A stretch of 64,000 nucleotides of DNA from Chthoniobacterales bacterium. GTDB lineage: Bacteria > Verrucomicrobiota > Verrucomicrobiia > Chthoniobacterales > UBA6821. The stretch spans positions 6,159-70,158 of the forward strand of contig JAIEQL010000032.1 of the NCBI GenBank assembly GCA_019747735.1, read 5' to 3'. This document shows positions 32,924-43,179 of this stretch, piece by piece. The stretch's first letter is position 1; every line of letters starts with the position of its first letter. A program made the position numbers and the translations under genes. Under the pieces are notes generated by a model, which was given only the letters and a program-made list of their open reading frames with translations, was not told the origin of the DNA and searched no databases.

Positions 32924-34708
32924 CTAATCTAATTCTCGGGTTAAAGAAATACGCTGTTGTAATTCCAAAATCTTTTGTTGCCATTTCAAAATCTCTGCTG
33001 CGGTAAGTCCTGGTTGCTTCAAGGCAGCAATAGCCTTTGCTTGTTCTCGCTTCCAAAAAGCAACTTGAAAACCACGCCATGTATCTTGAGCCATGGGTAA
33101 AAGATCCGTCCCCTTTTTTTCCAGATCCCAGGAAGCAATGAGCTCTTGCACTCTAGGAGAAAGCCGAGAGAGAAGAGTTGATAATGATTGTTCTGAAGAG
33201 ACCTCTAGAAAGGCATCTTCAACTGCTAATAACTCCTCTAGAAGTGCTAACTCTGGATCAATGGCAGCTGGCGAAGGATCTGTTTGATTTTTAAAAAAAA
33301 TTCTTACCTCAGCATCCAGCAGTGCTAAACGACACAAAAGCTCCGTGCCTGCCGAGACTTTGGTGACAGGAGGCCTGAGTGGCTCTTCTAATTTTTGTTC
33401 TGGGAAAAAATTCTTTACTGGGAAGCTTTCCTGCAAAGCCGTTATAGAAATTCCTAATTGAGTTGCCATCATGCCTGTTGTGAGCTCTCGGACCGTGGCA
33501 TCTGGAAGCAAAGAAAGATATCCTCCTAGTTTTTTTGCCAAACCAGCTGTTTGATAAGGGGTCAACCTCCCCTGATGCTCTGCCTTGGCTTGAACAATGG
33601 CATCTGTAAAAAAGTCAGATGCCTCTGTAATCAATTTTTGAAAAGCAGCCACCCCCTCTTTTCGAAGAAAAGAATCGGGATCTTCTCCTTGAGGCAAACG
33701 AGCAATACGAATTTCTAACCCATTGCTCAACAAGGCAGGAAGAGAGCGCTCCACGGCATTTTTTCCAGCAGTATCTGCATCAAAACAGAGAACCACACGT
33801 TCCACGAAACGCTTTAATAAATGAGCTTGCTCGGCGGTAAAAGCAGTTCCTTGAGGGGCAACAACGTTGTGGCAACCATGCTCAAAGGCAGCAATAAGAT
33901 CGATTTGACCCTCCATCACAATGGCCTCTCCAGCCTGAATCAGAGCTCGTTTGCTCTTGTCTAATCCAAAAAGAATTTTCCCTTTACTGAAAAGTGGAGT
34001 CTCTGGAGAGTTGAGGTATTTGGCCTCTTTTGCCTCCTGAGAAAGTGTACGCCCGCTAAATCCAATGACCTCTCCGTAATCATTACGAATAGGAAACATT
34101 AAGCGATCACGAAAGCGATCATATTGATTGCCTGCAGAGCGTTCTAACAGCAACCCTCCCGTTACTAATTCTTCTTTACTAAAACCAGCAGCAAGAGCCC
34201 ATTTTTTTGTTGTTTCCCAAGCTGCAGGAGCATAGCCGATTTGCCAAGCAATGGCGATCTCTTTGGAAAATCCACGCTCTTTGAGATAGCTCCTAGCCAA
34301 GGCTGCCTCTTGGGAACGTAACAGTTGATGATGGTACCAGAGCGCTACTTGTCGGTGCAGATCGAGGAGTCGTTTTTTTTGATCGCGATAAATCGTATCT
34401 TGCGATGTCAGCTCTTCAAGAAGAGGAATTCCTCGCCTCTGAGCAAGGCGACGCACCGCTGTGGGAAAATCGATATGCTCATAATCCATAACAAATCGAA
34501 AGACCCCTCCCCCAGCTCCACAGCCGAAGCAATGAAATGATTGCCGCGTTGGATGCACATAAAACGAGGGACTTTTCTCCGTATGAAACGGGCAAAGAGC
34601 TCGAAAACTTGTTCCAGAGCGCTTTAGCGGAAAGTAAGAACCAATGACCTCTACAATGTCATTGGCAGCGGCTACCTTATCGATGCTCTCTTGAGAAATT
34701 TTGCTCAT
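32924..34708 (-). CDS. dnaG: DNA primase
   Basis: CPFH...CFGC zinc finger, DRFRDRLMFPI, KYLNSPET, EG..D, FDADTAG, DPD. Confidence 0.98.
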   Translation of the reverse strand: MSKISQESIDKVAAANDIVEVIGSYFPLKRSGTSFRALCPFHTEKSPSFYVHPTRQSFHCFGCGAGGGVFRFVMDYEHIDFPTAVRRLAQRRGIPLLEELTSQDTIYRDQKKRLLDLHRQVALWYHHQLLRSQEAALARSYLKERGFSKEIAIAWQIGYAPAAWETTKKWALAAGFSKEELVTGGLLLERSAGNQYDRFRDRLMFPIRNDYGEVIGFSGRTLSQEAKEAKYLNSPETPLFSKGKILFGLDKSKRALIQAGEAIVMEGQIDLIAAFEHGCHNVVAPQGTAFTAEQAHLLKRFVERVVLCFDADTAGKNAVERSLPALLSNGLEIRIARLPQGEDPDSFLRKEGVAAFQKLITEASDFFTDAIVQAKAEHQGRLTPYQTAGLAKKLGGYLSLLPDATVRELTTGMMATQLGISITALQESFPVKNFFPEQKLEEPLRPPVTKVSAGTELLCRLALLDAEVRIFFKNQTDPSPAAIDPELALLEELLAVEDAFLEVSSEQSLSTLLSRLSPRVQELIASWDLEKKGTDLLPMAQDTWRGFQVAFWKREQAKAIAALKQPGLTAAEILKWQQKILELQQRISLTRELD

Positions 34709-34717
34709 CTAAAAACC

Positions 34718-35389
34718 TTACTTTTTTAAAATTTTTTGCAAATGCTCCACTTGGCTAGCAAGCTTCTGTGGAGCTTTCTGGACTTCATACTCGATTTGAT
34801 GAGCAATCGACGCTGCTGTTTTTGCAATACGCTCTTGAGCTGGGTGCCTCAAAATAACGGCAATCGCACTACCTGGATTCACAAAATTACTATAACAGAT
34901 CAATGCCCCCTCCCCGTGAGGTATCGCTATAAAGTTTCCCCTACCCGATTTGCTGTAAGTGGAGCCTAACATTTCCCAGGAAACTTGATAACCGCCGTTG
35001 GACAACTCTTTGAATTCATCCCTCACCTTGGTTACTTCTTTTGGGAAAAAAGGAACTCGTAATTCATACGTCATCACAATCAAATTAGGCGTGGATACCT
35101 CTTCTATCGAGACAGAAAGACAATCTGGAACATAATGAGGAGCATCTTGAACATCCCAAAAAACAGCGACTGCTTGAAGAGGAGTAGCAGCAACAAGATG
35201 ATAGACATGAAAGGTAGGCCAAGGCATTCCAGGCATCGGCTCTTCCACAACCACTTGTTTTCCATTGGTCAAAAGCTCTTGCTGATTTTTATTAAGGGTC
35301 TCCCAAAGGGGTGTTGCTATCAGCGCCTCAGAGGCCAGTAAGCTCCAGAGCACTAATAACAAGAAAAGATAACTGTTCAGACGTCTCAT
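34718..35389 (-). CDS. hypothetical exported protein, possibly SRPBCC/START-like fold
   Basis: Signal peptide, then A.P......FWD......YVP and a strand-rich core ending in a long helix. Confidence 0.6.
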   Translation of the reverse strand: MRRLNSYLFLLLVLWSLLASEALIATPLWETLNKNQQELLTNGKQVVVEEPMPGMPWPTFHVYHLVAATPLQAVAVFWDVQDAPHYVPDCLSVSIEEVSTPNLIVMTYELRVPFFPKEVTKVRDEFKELSNGGYQVSWEMLGSTYSKSGRGNFIAIPHGEGALICYSNFVNPGSAIAVILRHPAQERIAKTAASIAHQIEYEVQKAPQKLASQVEHLQKILKK

Positions 35390-35409
35390 AAGAATTAGTT
35401 TCGTTAAAA

Positions 35410-35862
35410 TTATTTTTCGTTCCTCAACTCAGTTTGTTGGATTAAATAGATCATCAGTTCAGTTCCGATACTAAGAACTTCTTGAATTGCTGGAGAAGTC
35501 GGTGACTGCTTAGAAACTTCAAACAATCGATTTCCATAGATGGTTACAAGTGTGATGCAAATCATATTGTTAACAACATGATTATTTAATGAGGCTTCGG
35601 CAATTTTTTGAAGGTTCTTGCAAGATTCTAGTAGTCTCTCAATGAGATTTGTAACGATGGGATCGGCTATATCTCAAACAATGATTTTTCCACTATAATT
35701 AACGTACCGAGCTGTTCTATCAATATAAACAGCTAGAATATCAAAACCATTTTTCATGAATACCTGAATGGCTTCTTCCTCCTTTTTAACTTTAGGCACC
35801 ATGATCATGCTATTAAGTGTAGCGATCACTCTTCTACTGCTAACGTCTTCATAGAGGTTCAT
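35410..35862 (-). pseudogene. hypothetical protein gene split by one in-frame TGA
   Basis: The frame continues stop-free for 87 codons past TGA 35674-35676 (...NYSGKIIV*DIADPIVTNLIERLL...RNEK) to TAA 35410. Confidence 0.7.
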
Positions 35863-35920
35863 AGTTAAACCATTCCAACATTAATCTTGCTTTTCTTTGT
35901 AAAAAAGGTTTGATCCTTCG

Positions 35921-36916
35921 ATGCCAAAGAAACCATCGAAGCACGTTGTCATTGAGTTAGATAGCCCTTGGAAATATGCCATGAGGCATTTTTTTCGCTC
36001 CTTCATGGAGTTTTGCTTGCCGGAATGGGCAGCTTCCATCGATTGGGCCCAAGGCTACGAAACACTAGACAAAGAATTACAAAAAATTATTCCTGAGTCA
36101 GAGACTGGGAAGCGGTTTTCTGACATGCTTTTTAAGGTATGGCTCAAAAATGGTGAGGAGAAATGGATTCTCATTCATTTAGAAATCCAAGGACAAAACG
36201 ATAAGGAGCTCGCTCAGCGAATGTTCATCTACAATTACCGCACGTATGACCAATACCAACAACAACCCGTTGTGAGCATTGCCTTGCTGCTGGATGCTGA
36301 TCCCAAATGGAGGCCAGATTATTTTCGGCTGCAGAACCCGCTAGAAAAAGAAAAGTCGTTTTTGGAATTTCGCTATCACGTCATCAAACTGATCGACTAT
36401 GCAACTCGCAAAGAAGAGCTTCAAAAGCGCAATGATCTTTTTTCCAAAGTGATCCTCGCTCAACTCATCGTCATGGAAACAAAGAAAAACCTGCCACTGC
36501 GCGTGCAGCACAAAATTTCTTTAATCAAACAACTGCTTAAACTTGGGTTGACAAATCACCAAACTCGAGAATTATATCAGTTCATCGATTGGCTGATGAC
36601 CATCCCTGAAGATCTTATGTTAACCTATAAAGAAAAAGTAAACGAAATAGCAGAAGATATGATGGAAGAGTGGGATATTCCTTATGTCCCCAGCTCTGTT
36701 AAAATTGCTCGCATAGAAGGTCGACAAGAAGGTCGACAAGAAGGCAGGCAAGAAGGGATTCGTTTATTGCTCGATAGGCAAATCCGCCGTCGTTTTCCAC
36801 ACACAGTAACAGCGCAGCATCTTTATCTCATTAACGATGCCAACGTAGAGACACTTGCACGCTGGGCCGAAAAACTCATCGATGCCAAGAAAGTGGAAGA
36901 GGTCTTTGCTGCGTAA
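35921..36916 (+). CDS. Rpn/YhgA-like PD-(D/E)XK protein with a DUF4351-like C-terminus
   Basis: DSPWK, LDKELQ, D.L.KV, IHLEIQ, RMFIYNYR, FIDWLM, EGRQEGRQEGRQEG, L..WAE. Confidence 0.88.
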   Translation: MPKKPSKHVVIELDSPWKYAMRHFFRSFMEFCLPEWAASIDWAQGYETLDKELQKIIPESETGKRFSDMLFKVWLKNGEEKWILIHLEIQGQNDKELAQRMFIYNYRTYDQYQQQPVVSIALLLDADPKWRPDYFRLQNPLEKEKSFLEFRYHVIKLIDYATRKEELQKRNDLFSKVILAQLIVMETKKNLPLRVQHKISLIKQLLKLGLTNHQTRELYQFIDWLMTIPEDLMLTYKEKVNEIAEDMMEEWDIPYVPSSVKIARIEGRQEGRQEGRQEGIRLLLDRQIRRRFPHTVTAQHLYLINDANVETLARWAEKLIDAKKVEEVFAA

Positions 36917-37148
36917 CTAAGGCCTAAGCATCTGTGAAATTAATTCACAGTCAAAGGGGGTCCTTAGTGTGTTACCTTGGGTACCTCTCTCGCTATTTTC
37001 CTATCAGCCCCCTTATCTAAATATTCTGGGACAGCTCCAAAAATTTTATTTTGCGTTCTTTGTGGTGAATTTCTTCCTACTTGAACTACGTTGGTTGTTA
37101 CGAGCATTAGATTTTGAGGCCGTTCATAAAGATGATGACTTCACTTTC

Positions 37149-37292
37149 AGAGGGTATCTTGACAATGAATAAGATTGCGCATTACGGCGTCGCTCCAGTG
37201 CTCGCGTCCTCGAGTATGTCCATATACACTGCGGGTCTGTGCGCTTCGCTCCTGGTACTGCATCAATTTTATTCATTTTCAAGACACCCTCT
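37149..37292 (-). mobile_element. MITE family B, copy 2
   Basis: Reverse complement of 23364-23506, with differences confined to one terminus. Confidence 0.92.
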
Positions 37293-37343
37293 AAGGAAAA
37301 AGAGCAAGCTTATGGCGTGCCTTTTTCAATTTAATACACTATA
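37292..37343 (+). mobile_element. truncated right end of MITE family C
   Basis: taaggaaaaagagcaagcttatggcgtgcctttttcaatttaatacactata matches 23312-23363. Confidence 0.88.
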
Positions 37344-37475
37344 ACTACCAACGGCATTAATTTTTCTCCTTAATTAGGATGCGGGGTCAGTCTATAAAAT
37401 GATGAAGTAATGAAGCTAACCCCACCTCTCAAAAAATTTATTTAATGACGTTAGTAGTTACCAAAAGATAAAAAA

Positions 37476-38939
37476 ATGAATAAAACTCCCATCACAGTCG
37501 CTTACGGAGATGGCATTGGACCTGAAATCATGGAAGCCACCCTTCATATCATTCAATCAGCAGGTGCCCAAATAGACATTGAACAGATTGAAATTGGTGA
37601 AAAAGTTTATCTCGCCGGTAACCCCACTGGCATTGAATCTTCGGCCTGGGACTCTCTGCGGCGCACCAAAGTTTTTTTAAAAGCCCCCATCACCACACCT
37701 CAAGGAGGTGGCTTCAAGAGCCTCAACGTCACTGTGCGCAAGGCGCTTGGCCTCTACGCGAATGTTCGTCCTTGCGTGAGTTATGCTCCTTTTGTGGCTA
37801 CCAAACATCCCGTCATGGATGTCGTCATCGTGCGTGAAAATGAAGAAGATCTCTACGCTGGGATTGAGCATCGCCAATCTCACGATGTCGTCACCTGCAT
37901 GAAGCTTATTTCACGCCCTGGAAGCGAGAAGATCGTCCGCTATGCCTTTGAATATGCCCGCGCTAACAATCGCAAAAAAGTAACCTGTTTCACCAAGGAC
38001 AACATCATGAAAATGACAGATGGTCTCTTTCATAAAGTTTTTGATGAAATTGGAGCAGAGTACGCAGACATCGAAAAAGAACATTGGATCGTAGATATAG
38101 GCGCTGCCAAATTAGCCGATACACCGGAGGCCTTTGATGTCATTGTTCTGCCCAATCTGTATGGAGATATTCTTTCCGATGTGGCAGCCCAGATTGCAGG
38201 TTCTGTGGGACTTGCCGGCTCTTCCAACATTGGAACTCATGCCGCTATGTTTGAAGCCATTCATGGCTCTGCACCTCGTCGTGCCGGTCAAAATCTCGCC
38301 AATCCTTCTGGACTATTTTTAGGAAGCATCCTCATGTTGCTGCACATTGGCCAAACAGAAGTAGCCGAAAGAGCCCACAATGCTTGGCTTTGCACGCTCG
38401 AAGAGGGAATTCACACCTATGACATTTTTGATGAAAAAACGAGCAAGCAAAAAGTAGGAACTCGTGAGTTTGCTCAAGCAGTTGTCCAACGACTAGGTAA
38501 AAAGCCAGAACGTCTTAAGCCAGTCAGCTACAAAAAAGAAGTCAGCAATTTGGAAAAAGTAGTTCCTTACATTCGCCCCACCGAAAAACGAGAACTAGTC
38601 GGCGTCGATGTTTTTATTGTTCATGAAGGTTCTGTTGAAGACCTTCGTCGACTAGCTTGGAGGTGTGATCAGAAGGAGAGTGAAAAGAGTGGCATGCTCA
38701 TCGAGATGATCGATAACCGCGGCATGGTTGTTTGGCCTGAAGCAATTCCCAACGTCTTTTGCTCTGACCTCTTTCGCGTTCGTTACAGGCGAGCTGATGA
38801 CTCTAAAAGAGAAATCACCCATCAAGATATCACCAAACTTTTAGACTGTATTAGCTTTCAACGCTTGGAGTTTGTGAAAGTGGAACTACTCTACAACTTT
38901 GATGGCAAGCCTGGCTTCACACGTGGTCAGGGGCAATAG
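37476..38939 (+). CDS. icd: NADP-dependent isocitrate dehydrogenase (about 480-aa type)
   Basis: GDGIGPEI, KAPITTPQGGG.KSLNV, RENEEDLY, KDNIMK, NLYGDILSD, FEAIHGSAP. Confidence 0.95.
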   Translation: MNKTPITVAYGDGIGPEIMEATLHIIQSAGAQIDIEQIEIGEKVYLAGNPTGIESSAWDSLRRTKVFLKAPITTPQGGGFKSLNVTVRKALGLYANVRPCVSYAPFVATKHPVMDVVIVRENEEDLYAGIEHRQSHDVVTCMKLISRPGSEKIVRYAFEYARANNRKKVTCFTKDNIMKMTDGLFHKVFDEIGAEYADIEKEHWIVDIGAAKLADTPEAFDVIVLPNLYGDILSDVAAQIAGSVGLAGSSNIGTHAAMFEAIHGSAPRRAGQNLANPSGLFLGSILMLLHIGQTEVAERAHNAWLCTLEEGIHTYDIFDEKTSKQKVGTREFAQAVVQRLGKKPERLKPVSYKKEVSNLEKVVPYIRPTEKRELVGVDVFIVHEGSVEDLRRLAWRCDQKESEKSGMLIEMIDNRGMVVWPEAIPNVFCSDLFRVRYRRADDSKREITHQDITKLLDCISFQRLEFVKVELLYNFDGKPGFTRGQGQ

Positions 38940-39032
38940 CAAGACTAGAGGCTGTTATCAGCTTGAGCTTCTATTGAGTTTCTATTGCAATTGACCTTTA
39001 CATCATTAAAACTTTCTTACTTTTCAAAATCC

Positions 39033-40382
39033 ATGAGCCTTCATCACCCTTCTTCAGCGGCATCCATGTCCGATCGTCCAGTACGCACTCGTTTTGCTCC
39101 CTCCCCAACAGGCCTACTCCATATCGGCTCAGCTCGTGCAGCCCTTTTTAACTGGCTCTACGCACGCAAACATGGAGGCACTTTTATCTTGCGCGTCGAA
39201 GACACCGATCACAGCCGCAATACACGAGAAGCAGAGCAGGTCATCTTTGATGGATTGCACTGGCTTGGGCTCGATTGGGATGAAGGCCCTCTTAAAGGAG
39301 GCTCTTATGGGCCTTATTATCAAAGCGAACGTAATCGTATCTATGAGGAGTACCTTGCGCGTTTGGAAAAAAACGGTCATCTCTACGAAGACCACGGAGC
39401 CATTCGCTTTCGCTCTCCCCGTGAAAAGGTCCTTGTCGATGACCTCGTTTGCGGAAAAATAGAGTTTGATTTAACAAACCCCATTACCCATCCCGATATC
39501 ACGTTACGCCGACCAGATGGTTCTTGGATTTTCCACTTCGTCAATGTCGTTGATGACATCGAAATGGAAATTAGTCATGTCATCCGTGGTGAAGATCATC
39601 TTTCCAATACCCCAAAGCATCTTGAGCTTTACCGAGCCCTACGAGCTGACCCTCCTCACTTTGCACACACTCCCCTCATCCTCAACCGCGATGGAAGCAA
39701 GATGAGCAAGCGTGACAAAGGGGTCAATCTCGGTCTTTATCCGGAAGAAGGATATGCTCCTGAAGCTCTTCGCAATTACCTTTGCTTACTTGGCTGGTCT
39801 CCCAAAGACAACCGTGAGATTCTCGACATCGGAGAAATCACACAGCTCTTTGAACTCAATCATATCAATCGTCGCGGAGCTGCTTTCGATCCTGACAAAT
39901 GTTTTTGGATGAATGGCCAGTATTTGCTTCAGATGGATTTGGCACGCTATGCCGAACTGGCAATACCCTTTCTCCAAAAAGCAGGCCTTCATTGGGAGAA
40001 ATGGGAATATCTGGAAAGAGTACTCTCTATTGTAAAACCAAAAATCAAATTACTTGCTGACCTTCCCGATTGGGTACGTCCTTTCTTCACGGATGATTTT
40101 CCTTTTGAAGAAGTCGCTGTGGAAAAATACCTCACCACTCCAGAAGCTAAGAAAAATCTGGCAACACTTGCCAAGGCTCTTGCTGAAGTTGATCGTTGGG
40201 AAGCCTCTTTCGTGGAAACAGCTCTCAAAGCTACCGCAACAGCTCTCGGCGTCAAAACTGGAGACCTTGTCCATCCAGCACGCGTTGCCGTTAGCGGACG
40301 TTCCATCGGCGCTGGCCTTTACGAAACGTTTGAAGTTTTGGGAAAAGAAAAGACATTGCAGCGGCTGATAAAACAAGTCTAA
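39033..40382 (+). CDS. gltX: glutamate--tRNA ligase
   Basis: RFAPSPTG.LHIG, LRVEDTD, HVIRGEDH, KMSKR. Start is 39033 or 39066. Confidence 0.96.
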   Translation: MSLHHPSSAASMSDRPVRTRFAPSPTGLLHIGSARAALFNWLYARKHGGTFILRVEDTDHSRNTREAEQVIFDGLHWLGLDWDEGPLKGGSYGPYYQSERNRIYEEYLARLEKNGHLYEDHGAIRFRSPREKVLVDDLVCGKIEFDLTNPITHPDITLRRPDGSWIFHFVNVVDDIEMEISHVIRGEDHLSNTPKHLELYRALRADPPHFAHTPLILNRDGSKMSKRDKGVNLGLYPEEGYAPEALRNYLCLLGWSPKDNREILDIGEITQLFELNHINRRGAAFDPDKCFWMNGQYLLQMDLARYAELAIPFLQKAGLHWEKWEYLERVLSIVKPKIKLLADLPDWVRPFFTDDFPFEEVAVEKYLTTPEAKKNLATLAKALAEVDRWEASFVETALKATATALGVKTGDLVHPARVAVSGRSIGAGLYETFEVLGKEKTLQRLIKQV

Positions 40383-40394
40383 GCGGATTGAATA

Positions 40395-40696
40395 AGATTA
40401 ACAGGGATGGAAACGATAGATAAAGAAATTCGGGTTACTTCTGTTCAAAATAAGAATAAGAAATAGCCACAAAAGAACACAAAGAAACACAAAGAAAAAG
40501 GCTCGTTGTTTTTTAAAAAAGTTAGCTAATTATTCTTATTGCATTTTTTCAGTTACTTATAAGCAACTGAAAAGGGAAGAAGACTTTTTAAGGAAACTTA
40601 ATGTTTTTATTTAGCATCTTTGCGTTTCTTTGTGTTCTTTTGTGGCTATTCATTTTTTCTGCCATCCCTTCCATCGCTTCCATCCCTGTTAATCTC
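40395..40696. repeat. three nested inverted repeats (family E outer, family H middle, 28-bp palindrome inside)
   Basis: E arms 40395-40417 / 40673-40695 (22/23); H arms 40462-40495 / 40617-40650 (33/34); palindrome 40546-40573. Confidence 0.92.
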
Positions 40697-40722
40697 TTAT
40701 AAATTTCTATCTCTGTTAATCC

Positions 40723-41430
40723 ATGAACCTCCCCTCTCCACCCCGCCACATTGCTATTATTATGGATGGAAATGGCCGCTGGGCACAGCAGCGTGGATGG
40801 CTCAGAACCAAAGGCCACGAACAAGGCTCTCAATCGGTGCGCGAGTCCCTTGATGCCTGCCTCGAAGCAGGAGTGGAGTACCTTACACTTTATGCTTTTT
40901 CCTCAGAGAATTGGAAACGTCCAGCCTTCGAAGTGCAAGGCCTGATGACTCTTCTCGAGCATTATTTAAATGAAAAGGTTCATGAGCTAAAAGAAAATGG
41001 AATTCGATTTCAGGCGATAGGCCGCCTTGAAAAACTTCCACCAAAAGTACAGCAGCTCTTAAAAAAAACAACGGAAGCAACAGCAGGGCATTCCAAGCTC
41101 ACCTTAACATTGGCCCTCAATTATGGAGGACGTGATGAAATCGTTGATGCTATTAAGGCAATCGCCCAAAAAGTTCTTCGAGAGGAAATAGATCTTGAGA
41201 ACATTACTACTGATGTTGTAGCCAATCACCTTTATACAGCCGGCATGCCAGATCCAGACTTGTTTATAAGGACCTCTGGAGAAATGAGAATTTCTAATTT
41301 TCTCCTCTGGCAACTTAGTTACACCGAAATTTATGTTACTTCCAAATTTTGGCCTGATTTTAAAAAAGCTGATCTTTTAACAGCAATTGAGGAATATAAA
41401 AAACGTGAGAGAAGGTTTGGGAAAGCGTAG
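40723..41430 (+). CDS. uppS: undecaprenyl diphosphate synthase (isoprenyl transferase)
   Basis: HIAIIMDGNGRWA, YAFSSENWKRP, NYGGR, IRTSGEMRISNFLLWQ. Confidence 0.98.
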   Translation: MNLPSPPRHIAIIMDGNGRWAQQRGWLRTKGHEQGSQSVRESLDACLEAGVEYLTLYAFSSENWKRPAFEVQGLMTLLEHYLNEKVHELKENGIRFQAIGRLEKLPPKVQQLLKKTTEATAGHSKLTLTLALNYGGRDEIVDAIKAIAQKVLREEIDLENITTDVVANHLYTAGMPDPDLFIRTSGEMRISNFLLWQLSYTEIYVTSKFWPDFKKADLLTAIEEYKKRERRFGKA

Positions 41431-41616
41431 TTTTGTTAGGAAGATCCTTCGATAAATCGTATTTGTATTTCTTTAAGGAAAAGCATGATCAATGCTGCGC
41501 AGTAGCAAAGCTCACTGAAACTCAAACTGATAATTCAAACTTCATCTCATCTAATTTCTTTCTTCATAAGTAAACCTGGCTTCAACGATTGATGATGCCC
41601 TTTAACTAAAAACCCC

Positions 41617-43170
41617 ATGGCTCCTAAAAAAAACTACTACCACTTCCCTAGCGCCACACCTTATCGTTCAGGTTATCACGGAATTGATAGCATTTTTTCT
41701 TGGACAATTTTTATTTTTTTCCTCATTGGATTTGCTCTCTTTTGCTGGGTGGGAAGTTTTTATGTCTTTGGACATCCCGAAAAAACCACCAATTATCGTC
41801 TTCTGAAATATCTTCACAAAATAGAAGAACCGCAGCGTTTTGAAGTAACCACGGTCCCACGAGGTGAATTTTTCAAGCCGGCAGAACTCTTAGAGCATTT
41901 TGGCCATTTAGAACCCACTCAATTGCAGCAGCTCAATGCAACGTTGCTACGCCATTTTCTCCGCAATTATCATCAAACTCGTGACTTGATTCCTTATGCT
42001 GTTGGGACTTACAAAATAGTAGCATTATTACCGCTTGATCAGCAGAAGCTCTTTTTTCCTGGCATGGTGGCTCTTCTTCAAGCAGTAGACCAACCCAACG
42101 TTTTTTTAGAACAGATTTTGACAACTGATGTTGCAAACCTACCTGCTCTCCAAAACACACTTGCCTTGGGAAAAGAAGTAAAATTGGAGAAGCCTGTCGA
42201 CTTTTCTGCCATCATTTTCATCGAGCTTCTTCCACATGGAGGGATCAAAGTAACCGCAGCACCTCTTCTTTATGGTAGTTATGCAGCAACAGAAGATTCC
42301 CAATCTTTCACACTGCAACCACCAACACAAGTTAACATTACCGCCGGCCTCCCATTTTTTACAGCCACTGAAGCGGCAGAATGCATTGGCACTGCACAAG
42401 GCACTCCAGCCCCTCCCTCCACCAATAAGGAACTTATTCACAGTGTAAAAAACGCCTCCGCGATTTCTCCTACAACAAAACCCAACTTGTGTAGCAAGGA
42501 AGAGACAACCAACTTACTCACGCCTAATAAAGAACCTAATCTCGCTCCTGCTATTCCTGCAAACCAGCCTGCGGCACTCCCTGCTATTGCCGTCACTACC
42601 TCTAAAAAAGAGATCCCTGTTCCACCACCAGTCTCCCCATCTCCGATAGCAAACACCCCCTCACTCTCACCACCTTCACAAACGCAGAGCAATGATTTGT
42701 CATCAACAATAACAACTCCGAAAGATTCTTTTTCGAGTTCTTTGACAACCACAGCAGCACTCCCTTCTTCTTCAACAACAACTTCAGTGCCTACTGCTGT
42801 TAGTAGCAATAGTGAATGGCCTCTCTATGAACCTGGAAAAATGCCGCGAGGACGATTAATTGACACTACAGAGATCCCCTACCTTGCAGCACAAGGACTC
42901 GCTGGAGAGCGACTCTATCTTGAAGGCAACTTCGTCGTCACGGCTTCCGGACTTGATCGTGCGGTCTTACGCTATCAATCCACAACAACTGAATTACCAT
43001 TAAGTCGTATCGGAAAAATTAGAATTATCGCCCTTTTTCCTACAGGCATGACTCCCCCTACCGAAGGTCTTTCACTCACTCGAGACGTCTCTCATCCCTT
43101 GATGATTACTGATGTTAAAAAGGAAAATGATGGGACGGTGAATCTCTATGTCAGGGAAATCACGAAGTAG
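41617..43170 (+). CDS. hypothetical membrane-anchored two-domain protein with a Ser/Thr/Pro linker
   Basis: One N-terminal TM and two globular-looking regions separated by about 140 aa of low-complexity sequence. Confidence 0.8.
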   Translation: MAPKKNYYHFPSATPYRSGYHGIDSIFSWTIFIFFLIGFALFCWVGSFYVFGHPEKTTNYRLLKYLHKIEEPQRFEVTTVPRGEFFKPAELLEHFGHLEPTQLQQLNATLLRHFLRNYHQTRDLIPYAVGTYKIVALLPLDQQKLFFPGMVALLQAVDQPNVFLEQILTTDVANLPALQNTLALGKEVKLEKPVDFSAIIFIELLPHGGIKVTAAPLLYGSYAATEDSQSFTLQPPTQVNITAGLPFFTATEAAECIGTAQGTPAPPSTNKELIHSVKNASAISPTTKPNLCSKEETTNLLTPNKEPNLAPAIPANQPAALPAIAVTTSKKEIPVPPPVSPSPIANTPSLSPPSQTQSNDLSSTITTPKDSFSSSLTTTAALPSSSTTTSVPTAVSSNSEWPLYEPGKMPRGRLIDTTEIPYLAAQGLAGERLYLEGNFVVTASGLDRAVLRYQSTTTELPLSRIGKIRIIALFPTGMTPPTEGLSLTRDVSHPLMITDVKKENDGTVNLYVREITK

Positions 43171-43179
43171 ATTGAAGCC

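Noticed and set aside
36932-36950. CRP-like site ctgtgaa-attaa-ttcacag after the Rpn-like gene
   Set aside because: TGTGA-TCACA spacing is 7 rather than 6 and it lies at a gene 3' end; it is more likely a small hairpin.
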